64,000 nucleotides of DNA. Source: Macrostomum lignano (taxonomy: Eukaryota). The DNA is taken from assembly GCA_002269645.1 (NCBI GenBank), contig NIVC01000738.1:1-64000 (forward strand). The letters run 5' to 3'. The notes beneath the pieces are model-generated. The model did no database searches. It saw nothing but the letters and a program-made list of their open reading frames with translations, and was not told the origin of the DNA. Of this stretch, positions 26,083 to 36,800 are shown piece by piece. The position numbers were made by a program, and so were the translations under genes. Numbering within the stretch: the stretch's first letter is position 1; each line of letters starts with the position of its first letter.

Positions 26083-28064
26083 ATGTCTCTGCCTGCTGCT
26101 ACTGCCGGCCTCGACTCCGAGGAGGCCAAGCTGGGCCAGCTGACTGTGCCCGTCTTCTCCACCAAGTGGGCCATCAGCCTGTGCGTCTGCAAATTCCTGG
26201 TGCCCGGCCTGGGTGAGGCTGAGCAGCTGCTCCGTGCAGCCAGACTGACCGACTGCGGGATCCCAAACTCCCTTGATGTTCCACTGACAGGCCGAATTCT
26301 GTGGCGGCTGTTTTCAGCTCCTGTCAGTGTCTTTCAGCTCAATTCAGTGTCCTTCAGATTGCTCCCTTCAGTGTCTTTCAGCTCCCCTCAGTGTCCTTTA
26401 GATTGCTCCCTTCAGTGTCCTTCAGATTGCTCCCCTCAGTGTCCTTCAGCTCTCCTCAGTGTCCTTCAGATTGCTCCCTTCAGTGTCTTTCAGCTCCCTT
26501 CAGTGTCCTTAAGATTTCTCCCTTCAGTGTCCTTCAGATTGCTCCCCTCAGTGTCCTTCAGATTTCTCTCCTCAGTGTCCTTCAGCTCCCCTCAGTGTCC
26601 TTCAGCTCCATTCAGTGTCCTTCAGCTCCCTTCAGTGTCCTTCAGCTCCCCTCAGTGTCCTTTAGCTCCCTTCAGTGTCCTTCAGCTCCTCTCAGTGTCC
26701 TTCAGCTCTCCTCAGTGTCCTTCAGCTCTCCTCAGTGTCCTTCAGCTTCCCTCGGTGTCCTTCTGCTCCCTTCAGCTCCCTTCAGCTCCCTGCATCCCCC
26801 TTCACAGTCCTTCAGCTCCCTGCATCCCCCCTTCACAGTCCTTCAGCTCCCTGCATCCCCCTTCACAGTCCTTCAGCTCCCTGCATCCCCCCTTCACAGT
26901 CCTTCAGCTCCCTGCATCCCCCTTCACAGTCCTTCAGCTCCCTGCATCCCCCTTCACAGTCCTTCAGCTCCCTGCATCCCCCTTCACAGTCCTTCAGCTC
27001 CCTGCATCCCCCCTTCACAGTCCTTCAGCTCCCTGCATCCCCCCTTCACAGTCCTTCAGCTCCCTGCATCCCCCTTCACAGTCCTTCAGCTCCCTGCATC
27101 CCCCCTTCACAGTCCTTCAGCTCCCTTCTCAAATGCAAAAGTCTGCAGCGATGCAATTTGGACCTCCTGCAGGCACCTTCGTGGCCGGCCTGACCGTCTG
27201 CTGCCCGTGCAGCGACAATCCCGGCTTTGCCTGCGGCGACCTCTGCCAATCTGCCTGTCTGCAGTTCGGCGTGGCGCTGCTGCAGCTGCTGCTGACTCCC
27301 CTCTGCTTTCTGGGCTGGATCTGGAGCTGCGTCTGGGGCTGCACCTTCATCGCCAAGTCCAGTGAGTGACGTACGAGTGCACCAGAGCCTCAATCAATAG
27401 TCTCGTTGAGAGCCTCCTTCATAACCAATCTCTGCAGCTTGTTGCAGAATTTCGTCGAGAACCTATTGCTTATCACTAATATAAATGTTTGCAATATCTC
27501 TTGGCATTACGTTGGGAGCCTCCTTGTATCTTTTTGACTCACACTGAGAACCTCGACCTTGTCACCTATCTCTGAAATATCTCAAGGAGCGTTGAGAGCC
27601 TCCTTGTCACAGATTTAAACTGCAAGCTCCCTGATAACTGATCGCGAAGAAATCTCTAGGCATTCGTCGAGAGCCTCATCCTTTACCATGAATGGTTATC
27701 ATTATTTTCCAAATCTTCGAGCTTAGAGATGGTTTTAATGCAGCAAAAAATCTGTGGCCGGCTTCGCTCCGCAGATCCCGAATGGCGAGCGCGACGCCGC
27801 GTGAGTCGCCAACCGGTCGCCGAGTCCAGCTCGCCGGTGACCTCGCAGCCGTTGGCCTCCAGCGGCCGGTCCAGCTACCTGGGCCTCGCCGCCAGCCTCC
27901 AGTCGCAGATGCGACAATTTCGCGCAGGTCGCGGGCTCGACCCCGCCTTGGGGATGCCGCTGCTGCCGCCGCCGGAGTACCGCGGCCCGGAGGACCCGGC
28001 GGACTCGCCGCCGTCCTACGAGGAGGCGGTGCGCGAGGCTCAGCAGATGGAGGAGCAGCAGTAG
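26083..28064 (+). CDS. STUM: Stum/SPEC3-family membrane protein, 202 aa. Exons 26083-26212, 27173-27361, 27775-28064
   Basis: LVPGL|GTFVAGL...FGVALLQLLLTPLCFLGWIWSCVWG. Cytoplasmic tail has PPEY and PPSY motifs. Phases are consistent. Confidence 0.85.
26320..27123. repeat. Bipartite C/T-rich intronic minisatellite (~20-bp then ~30-bp unit)
   Basis: CAGCTCCCCTCAGTGTCCTT followed by CAGCTCCCTGCATCCCCCTTCACAGTCCTT. Confidence 0.95.
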
Positions 28065-28312
28065 CACGTTCGTCTGCAGCAATCCAAGATCATTCTTGGT
28101 GCACAAAAACAGATGCATGATTTGCGATTTATGATTTGTGATTTATAATTTATGATTTTTGCCGCTTGTTAATACGACAGCAAGTTCAGATTTTTCCACT
28201 GAGCTTTCAGATCAAACAAATCAAGTAGAAGGCCTGCTGTGTTCTTTATTTTCAAAAATCAACTTTATTTGCTTGTTTTCTAATTTAATTTTAGAAACTT
28301 CATTGCCTTTAC

Positions 28313-28852
28313 AGTCAGGAAGTGGGTCTGTCTGTGCAGTCGGTCAGGAAGTGGGTCTGTCTGTGCAGTCGGTCAGGAAGTGGGTCTGTCTGTGCAGTCG
28401 GTCAGGAAGTGGGTCTGTCTGTGCAGTCGGTCAGGAAGTGGGTCTGTCTGTGCAGTCGGTCAGGAAGTGGGTCTGTCTGTGCAGTCGGTCAGGAAGTGGG
28501 TCTGTCTGTGCAGTCGGTCAGGAAGTGGGTCTGTCTGTACAGTCGGTCAGGAAGTGGGTCTGTCTGTGCAGTCGGCCAGGAAGTGGGTCTGTCTGTGCAG
28601 TCGGTCAGGAAGTGGGTCTGTCTGTGCAGTCGGTCAGGAAGTGGGTCTGTCTGTGCAGTCGGTCAGGAAGTGGGTCTGTCTGTACAGTCGGTCAGGAAGT
28701 GGGTCTGTCTGTGCAGTCGGTCAGGAAGTGGGTCTGTCTGTGCAGTCGGTCAGGAAGTGGGTCTGTCTGTGCAGTCGGTCAGGAAGTGGGTCTGTCTGTG
28801 CAGTCGGTCAGGAAGTGGGTCTGTCTGTGCAGTCGGTCAGGAAGTGGGTCTG
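28313..28852. repeat. 29-bp minisatellite
   Basis: Unit GTGGGTCTGTCTGTGCAGTCGGTCAGGAA. Confidence 0.97.
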
Positions 28853-29089
28853 TACATTAGTCAGTACATTGCGTCTGTACATTAGTCAGTGCGTCTGTAC
28901 ATTAGTCAAGAAGTGGATCAGGTAGTGTTGCCTGCCAAATAAGTTACAATTCTCTTCGCTATGCACAGGCACTGCTAGAAGTACCTGTGTATCAGGACGT
29001 CACCCTTGTCTAATGGAAAGCTAATTTAAAGTTCATTCTCGAAGCATTGCGTCCAACTACTTTCAGTAGTCAGTTAGCTTGAAACCATC

Positions 29090-30313
29090 TCAAGGCATGT
29101 CTGTCAGAGACGCCAAACACACGGCCGACCAGACGACTCCCGCAGCGGAAAGTCGGAGCCAAGGCGGCTCGGTGCTCAGCCTCATGGCTCCATCGGAGTC
29201 TGGGAACTCGCCAAGCCCGTTGCAGAAGTCCCGCTGGTTGCAGCAGCGGTAGGTGAGGTTGCTCACCACCTCCCGGCCCAGCAACCGCGTCACAGCCGGC
29301 TCAGCAAACGCAATATCGACGCTTGACACAGCCGTGTGGACACAGCCGGTGATACCGGGTTCGAGTTCCGGACTGTCGCAGCCGAGCAGGCAAAGTTTCG
29401 TCAGTCGCTTTGCGCCGGCCTCCGCGAACTGAGCGGCGGTGAGCGGCGACTTCGACAGGCTGAGGGCGTCGAATTCGGCCAGCGGCATCCGGCGCTCTGC
29501 TGAGGAGATCGGCAGGGAGCAGAGCCTGGCCTGGGGTAGGGGGGGGGCGATCCTGTGTCACTGCTAGTCAAACAGCTTCCTAAGCTCCACACTTTCTCGA
29601 AAGTGGAAAATCTTCAGTTTTAATAACCGGGGGAGTTTCACCAACCGAAGAGTTTCACCAACCGGAGAGTTTCACCAACCGGGGATCGTTTCACCAACCG
29701 GGGAGTTTCACCAGCCGGGGAGTTTCACCAACCGGAGAGTTTCACCAACCGGAGAGTTTCACCAACCGGGGAGTTTCACCAACCGGGGAGCTTCACCAAC
29801 CGGGGAGTTTCTCCAACCGGGGAGTTACACCAACCGGGGAGTTTCTCCAACCGGGGAGTTTCACCAACCGGGGAGTTTCTCCAACCGGGGAGTTACACCA
29901 ACCGGGGAGTTTCTCCAACCGGGGAGTTTCACCAACCGGGGAGTTTCTCCAACCGGGGAGTTACACCAACCGGGGAGTTTCTCCAACCAGGGAGTTTCAC
30001 CAACCGGGAATATCATAATTCATGAAGCTGTTTCTCCGCAACCACAATGTCCCCTCAGCCGGGGAGATTCGCAAGATCGCTGAGTTGCCCGAACAAAGGA
30101 TGCTAAAGTGAGTTTCCAATACGAAATAAAAGCGGAATTTACGAACAGCCTGACCTCAGTTGACCTCTGCGGCAGCAGGTTGTCAGTGAGGGTGACGCAG
30201 AACGCGCAGTCCCTCCAGGTCTCGTTGACGTTGGCGGAGCGGCACCGGATGCCGCGGCAGCTCTCCGGCAGCAAAGCGGGCACCGCCAGCAGCAGCAGCC
30301 AAGGGGTTTCCAT
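29090..30313 (-). CDS. Ly6/uPAR (three-finger)-like, probably GPI-anchored protein, ~201 aa. Exons 30313-30155, 30079-30043, 29499-29090
   Basis: Signal peptide, IRC..CAFC, terminal CCNQRDFCN motif, hydrophobic C-terminus. The middle exon donor is weak. Confidence 0.72.
29628..30008. repeat. ~17-bp intronic minisatellite
   Basis: Unit CCAACCGGGGAGTTTCA. Confidence 0.95.
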
Positions 30314-30741
30314 CAGAAGGAGAGCTTTTCAAAATCCCATCATATGCTGCAAACTGTTTCCTGATTCGGCGGGTTGTTCATCTCCGTCATTTTATTCTGT
30401 AAGCGCTTCTCCTCTCATCGCTGTTTGCGATCTGAGCCAGTCAGCGGGAGCCACCGCTTTGTCACGATTTTGCTGGCAAAACAGTTCAAAGGTCAAGCTG
30501 GGCGGCGGAGCGGAAAGACCGCAGTCACATGTTTTGGGCGCTGCGTCAATGCAACCCTCCCCGGCCTGAGGGTCCGGAAATCTGACATGTGCGCTGCAGC
30601 ATCACCGACACTTGCATGGACTGTTAAACAGCACTGGGCAGCAGTGGATGCATCTTATTGAATAGAATAAGCGCTCCAAACACAAGAAGCGAAATGATTT
30701 AAAAATGGCCTTTGCCGTGCGCTCCTCTTCTTGGTGAGTTT

Positions 30742-30742
<1 letters not shown>

Positions 30743-30776
<34 letters not shown>

Positions 30777-31134
30777 CTTAATTGATTGATTGATTGATTG
30801 ATTGATTTGATTAATTTATTGTCTGATTGATTGCTTGATTGATTGATTGTTTGATTTGATTAATTGATTATGTAAATAAGTGAGTGAGTAAGTAAATGAG
30901 TGAGTGAGTTAGTGAGTGAGTGAGTGAGTGAGTGAGTGAGTGAGTGAGTGAGTGAGTGAGTGAGTGAGTGAGTGAGTGAGTGAGTGAGTGAGTGAGTGAG
31001 TGAGTGAGTGAGTGAGTGAGTGAGTGAGTGAGTGAGTGAGTGAGTGAGTGAGTGAGTGAGTGAGTGAGTGAGTGAGTGAGTGAGTGAGTGAGTGAGTGAG
31101 TGAGTGAGTGAGTGAGTGAGTGAGTGAGTGAGTG
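30743..31134. repeat. (GATT)n then (GTGA)n microsatellites
   Basis: Directly visible. Confidence 0.97.
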
Positions 31135-31796
31135 AATAGAGATATAAACAGTAGTATCAGAGTACTATATAATAATAGAATATTCTCAGTAAGACAGAAC
31201 CCATACAGCGCCAGTGTGGTTGTAAAACAGCAATAATTAAAATTGCAGAAGAATGTCTGCCACTGCACGGGACCACCCAGACACTGGGGGAGCGGACTGA
31301 CTGGAGAGGCTGCTTGACAACGGCGCTCTGCAGGGCGCAGTGAGCGGCAGAGACAATGCAGCCCCAGCTGTAGTGAGAGTGGCTGCGGCCGGCAGTAGCT
31401 CAGTCTGTGCGGCTCACGGAGGGGAAGAGAGGAGGGGTAGGGAGAAATCAATCCAGTTGGCTTGGATGCCGACTCTGCCGGGCTGGGAGGCGGCAGGCGT
31501 GACTCAGAAGGAGAGCCGGGGAGAGAAGGCACGGGTTCCAGGCCAGGGGAGGGGGGCAGAGAGTGCGGTGGGGCTGAAGGGCTGTTGAACAGACCCTGGC
31601 TGTACAGCGCCTCGGAGCTGAGGATGGTGTGGAGCTGGGCAGACGCCAGAGCCGGGGTTGGGGTGCATGGCATGTGACCTGGCAGTACATTTAAAGAAGG
31701 CCTGGACTGCCGGGCAGCTGCAGCCCTCAGCTCAACTCACAGGCGTTCAGCATAGCAAATCCGGCAGCTCAGACCTGTTGCAGACTTTCCACAGAA

Positions 31797-32241
31797 ATGT
31801 CCGACGAGCAGCAGCAGCACAGCGGCGGCGTCGCCTTCGAGGTCTCGGTGGACGATGAGAACATCTCGCCGCGCAGCGGGAAGCCGCACCACCTGGAGGA
31901 GCGGCTGGAGGACCGGAACCTCAGCCCGGAGGAGATCGAGAAGCGGCTGCAGGAGGCCGAGGAGCGCAGAAAGGTGACACGGCAGTGGGGAGTTCGATTT
32001 CGAATTTGAGTCAACTACGAGATTCCAGTTTTCGCACTTGGAAGAATCAAACGAGCCTACTCACATCAGTAGATACCTCAGAGCATTTTCATGCCATGAC
32101 ACCCATAAAAACGCTTTTCAGAAAATGGAGGAGGACATGCTGAAGCGAGTCAGCGAGCACAACGACAAAGTCGAGAAAGTGTCCAAGGATGTCGAGGAAA
32201 GAAAGAAGCGGGCGAGCGAGAGCGACCCACCGGCTGAATAG
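31797..32241 (+). CDS. Stathmin-domain protein, 98 aa. Exons 31797-31973, 32122-32241
   Basis: SGGVAFEV..SP..LSPEEIEKRLQEAEERRK parallels the stathmin SGQAFEL..LSLEEIQKKLEAAEERRK pattern. Confidence 0.82.
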
Positions 32242-32991
32242 AGCAGCTTGATTATTTTGCATGCCGACCTCTACTAGAAGTAGTTTAAGCGGACTAGCTC
32301 TGATTTTCGCTGATGATTTTAAATGCTGTTCTGCAGTCCCTCCACAATGATTTGAGGTTTTTTACACAAAATAGCTGGTCATTGGCGGTTAGTTTGTGCG
32401 TGCAGAGGCAGATTCCTGAGAATTTGGCACATTGAAACTTAGCGAACGGAAATCCGCGCATACAAAGAACCGACACTGACCAGCGGGAACCCGGCATGAT
32501 AGCTTTTCCTGCTCTCATAAATATTACAATTTAAAATATCGCTTCTGCAGGATATTCGCAAACTTTTATAATCGCAAAATATTAACAGTCTTCTCTTTCT
32601 CTGAGCTTCGCCTTTTCTAAGAAAGTTTTTGTTAATTCCACGTGCAATTTGACTTTTAAAAAACCTCTGTCTACTTAAACCACCGCAAAGTAGAATTAAG
32701 TTAGATCGCAAATCACCGCCTCCGATGAAAACGACTGAACCGCTTATAGGATGCCAAACATCACGTTAGTAGTATGTACTGCGCATGAATGATAATTCCA
32801 TTGGTCATTTTATTCTAAACTCTACGTCTTTTTGACAGACTCTCTAGCAAAAGTAACTTTTTTTCCTAACTGCACACCACAAAAAGTTTTTAAGAAAAAA
32901 TAAACCCTGCTTCATCCTGCATTGCTTCTCACACCGTTCACACATTGCGCTTGGGCTCAAATTTGAAAAAATAGGCAAAACATTGCTAATA

Positions 32992-33390
32992 AAGTAGACA
33001 CTCGTAGTAGACAGAGTAGTCAAAGTAGACACTCTTAGTAAGCAAAGTAGACGAAGTATACAAAGTAAACACTCGTAGTAGACCGAGTAGACCAGAGTAG
33101 ACACTCGTAGTAAACAAAGTAGACACAGTAGACACTCGTAGTAAAATGAAGTAGACAAAGTAGACACTCGTAGTAGACAGAGTAGACAAACTAGACACTC
33201 GTAGTAAAATGAAGTAGACAAAGTAGACACTCGTAGTAAAATGAAGTAGACAAAGTAGACACTCGTAGTAGACAGAGTAGACAAAGTAGACACTCGTAGT
33301 AAAATGAAGTAGACAAAGTAGACACTCGTAGTAGACGGAGTAGACAAAGTAGACACTTGTAGTAAACGGAGAAGACAAAGACAAAGTAGA
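32992..33390. repeat. Degenerate GTAGACAAAGTAGACACTCGTA repeat
   Basis: Directly visible. Confidence 0.88.
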
Positions 33391-33752
33391 CACAGCAGAA
33401 AAAAGCAAAGTGACATAGTAAAATCAGAAGGCAAAGTTAGCTCGTAAATACTTGTTAAGTGTTCCATTTTCTGCTACAAGAGAAATGCGGACAATTCCTG
33501 CAACCACGTGACCGACTTTCTGTTTTTCCTATGGTCAATAGATTCAACTGCAAATTGCCGTGCTGTTATCTAATCAGTCGCCGGTTCTGCAGGCTCATGG
33601 CGGCTGATTTCCGGTGGCATGGTTAGTCGCAGCTTGCAGGAGAAACAAAAATAATGCAGCGCGAGCGGCATGAACACGTGAAATGCCTGAGAGATAACAG
33701 CAGGCAGGCTTTACACTGAGGGTGCAAGTTTGCTGCTCAACGGTGGGCCCAG

Positions 33753-33758
33753 TATAAA
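33753..33758 (+). promoter_or_regulatory. Candidate TATA box of the fasciclin gene
   Basis: TATAAA about 115 bp upstream of the ATG at 33872. Confidence 0.45.
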
Positions 33759-33871
33759 TTTGTGCTGCTCAAGCTCTGGAACCTGCGGCCGCGTTGTGGA
33801 TCTGCAAATCGAAAACAAAAATACGCTTGCAGACTGAAGTAGCACATTCCCGTTTAACGATTGAACTCAAA

Positions 33872-36800
33872 ATGGCTTTCCAAAAGCAGCGGCCATTGAG
33901 GCTGAGCAGTGTTCTGCTGCTGCTGCTGCTGGCAGCCGCATCTGCAGCCGAGATGTGGAACTTCAACGACCCCCAGGGCGGGCAGGAAAGTTCGGACGTC
34001 GGACTGGCTGGCGGTGTGGACTTCGGGGGCCTTGACGACGCCACGGATTTTAGCTTCGACCAGACCGACGAATCCAGCTTCACTGAGCAAACTGAGTTCA
34101 GCGAGCAGGGCATCGGATCGGGGTTTGAAGATGATGGATTTGGCTTTGAAGATGATGGATTTGGCTTTGAAGATGATGGATTTAGCTTTGAAGATGAATT
34201 CGGCTATGAGAATGATGGATTTGGAATTGAAGAGGGAAAATACGGCTATGAAGATGATGGAGTTGGCTTTGAAGACGGAGGCTACGGCTATGGTGATGGA
34301 GGTTACGGCTACGGCTACGAAGATGGCGGCTACGGCTACGAAGACGGTGATTATGGCTACGAAAACGGCGGTTACGGTTACGAAGACGGTGGTTACGGCT
34401 ACGAAGACGGTGGTTACGGCTACGAAGACGGTGGCTACGGCTACGAAAATGGCGGCTACGGCTACGAAGACGGTGGCTACGGCTACGAAGACGGTGGCTA
34501 CGGCTACGAAGACGGTGGTTACGGCTACGAAGACGGTGGTTATGGCTACGAAGACGGTGGTTATGGCTACGAAGACGGTGGTTATGGCTACGAAGACGGT
34601 GGTTATGGCTACGAAGACGGTGGCTACGGCTACGAAGACGGTGGTTATGGCTACGAAGACGGTGGTTATGGCTACGAAGACGGTGGCTACGGTTACGAAG
34701 ACGGCGGTTACGGTAGACGCTACCGTGGCGGTCGACGTGGACGCGGAGGGCGGCGTGCTGGAATGCCAGTTCAAGTCCGATCGGCGGGATCTGACTCAGG
34801 TGAGGGATCTGACTCAGGTGAGGGATCTGACTCAGGTGAGGGATCTTACTCAGGTGAGGGATCTGACTCAGGTGAGGGATCTGACTCAGGTGAGGGATCT
34901 GACTCAGGTGAGGGATCTGACTCAGGTGAGGGATCTGACTCAGGTGAGGGATCTGACTCAGGTGAGGGATCTGACTCAGGTGAGGGATCTGACTCAGGTG
35001 AGGGATCTGACTCAGGTGAGGGATCTGACTCAGGTGAGGGATCTGACTCAGGTGGGGGATGGAGTGCTGAAGGTCCAGACAAGGATGTATCTGCATTGCT
35101 TCACGTCAAACGCCAGGATCTGTGAAACCGAGGATTAATCTAAATTCCCCCCCCTGCAGGCATGACAGAAATCGAGTTCGAGGACGGCAGCGTATCGGCC
35201 GACGAAATCCCGGCGGGATATTTCGGCCAGGAGGAGCAGAACGCGCGCCCGATGCCGGGAAACCAGCCGCAAGCCAGGGTGGTCACCGGCGGCATCGACA
35301 TGCCGGGGTTCCGGCTCATCATCGGTGAGTCTCATCGCAGGCGTTGTGGGCCAGCAAGTTTGGTTCGCCATGCAGCTTCAGGAGGCTTTCAGGCACCAAG
35401 CACATTTTACCTCGTTAATTAGACTAAATGCATCTTGTGCAGGTCTCAAGATTTGCTACAGTGTTTAACAAACCTTTAATCCATTCAAATTCTCAGGTGA
35501 CGCACTTCAATGGTGGAAGCATGAGTAAGTAAAATTCTCAGGTGACGCACTTCAATGGTGGAAGCATGAGTAAGTAAAATTCTCAGGTGACGCACTTCAA
35601 TGGTGGAAGCATGAGTAAGTAAAATTCTCAGGTGACGCACTTCAATGGTGGAAGCATGAGTAAGTAAAAAAGGCTGCAGTTCAGTGAGTCCTTGGTGCAT
35701 AACCAGTTTCCAGTTATCTCAGCAAGTCAGCAGCTTCATCCGGCCTTCAATTCCAGCATCAACGTCTGTCTGCACAAGGAGAATCTTCGGCCAAGGGAGT
35801 TCGAAGACGCGGACAGTCACTTGACCATGTACAGCCTGCGCTGCGGGCGGAACTCGGTCAGTGAGTACAGCTGCTTGGTCAAGTAAGTTGTGAGCACCAG
35901 CTGCATCGCAGCAACACTCCCCCACTTTGCCGGTGCGCGCACCTGCTGTTGCAGCAACGGTCGTTCCCGTAACTTTCCCGCAGTCAGTGGAACGGCTCGG
36001 ATGCCACATCGCAGAGGCTGACCTACACCTGCTGCTCCGGCTTCACCAGGCTGGCTGGCGATCGCGGCTGCCCGAGAAGTGAGTAGAGCTGAGCACTGGC
36101 GTACAACTAGGTTGGTCTCGTGAAATGTGAAATATGAGTTAAAAATTTTACCTACTTTCTTGGCTAACGCAGGGGTTTTCGACAGCTCGACCAGCAACCG
36201 GACCTTTGCTGCGCTGCTCCAAGACCGCGGCTACAGTCAGAGGGCCATCGAGCTGTTCAGCGCCGTGTTGAACAGCAGCAACACCAGGAGGCAGCTGACC
36301 GTGTTCGTGCCGGCTAAGCAGGCCCTTGAAACGGCGATCAGCAGCTTTGAAGAAGTCACGGTGAGCAAGTTTAAATTCGAGTAGTCACCGAAAATGTCTC
36401 CAGTGACTGTCGGAGGGAGCGGTCGGTAGCCAGTCCTAGAGGATCATGGGAGGGAGCAGTCGGTAGCCAGTCCTAGAGGATCATGGGAGGGAGCAGTCGG
36501 TAGCCAGTCCTAGAGGATCATGGGAGGGAGCAGTCGGTAGCCAGTCCTAGAGGATCATGGGAGGGAGCAGTCGGTAGCCAGTCCTAGAGGATCACGGAGG
36601 ACCAATCTCTAAGGCGCAATGAACAATTAAACTAAACTATTGCATGAAACCAAGAGACGCGCTGGCGGTGACTGCTTAGACTCAGTAAAAAATGATCTGC
36701 TTTAGACGATAGGAACAAAAAGTGTATTTGCTATGGTGTTCGCCACTTTCCAATTTCCAGAGGACTGAGGAAGCCGGCACGCTTGTGCGCAAGGTGCTGG

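Noticed and set aside
28159-28925. Overlapping CLCSRSGSG ORFs
   Set aside because: Artefact of a 29-bp repeat cycling through the frames.
30909-31673. 254-aa minus ORF ending in poly-LTHS
   Set aside because: Runs through a (TCAC)n microsatellite and the stathmin upstream region; no homology signal.
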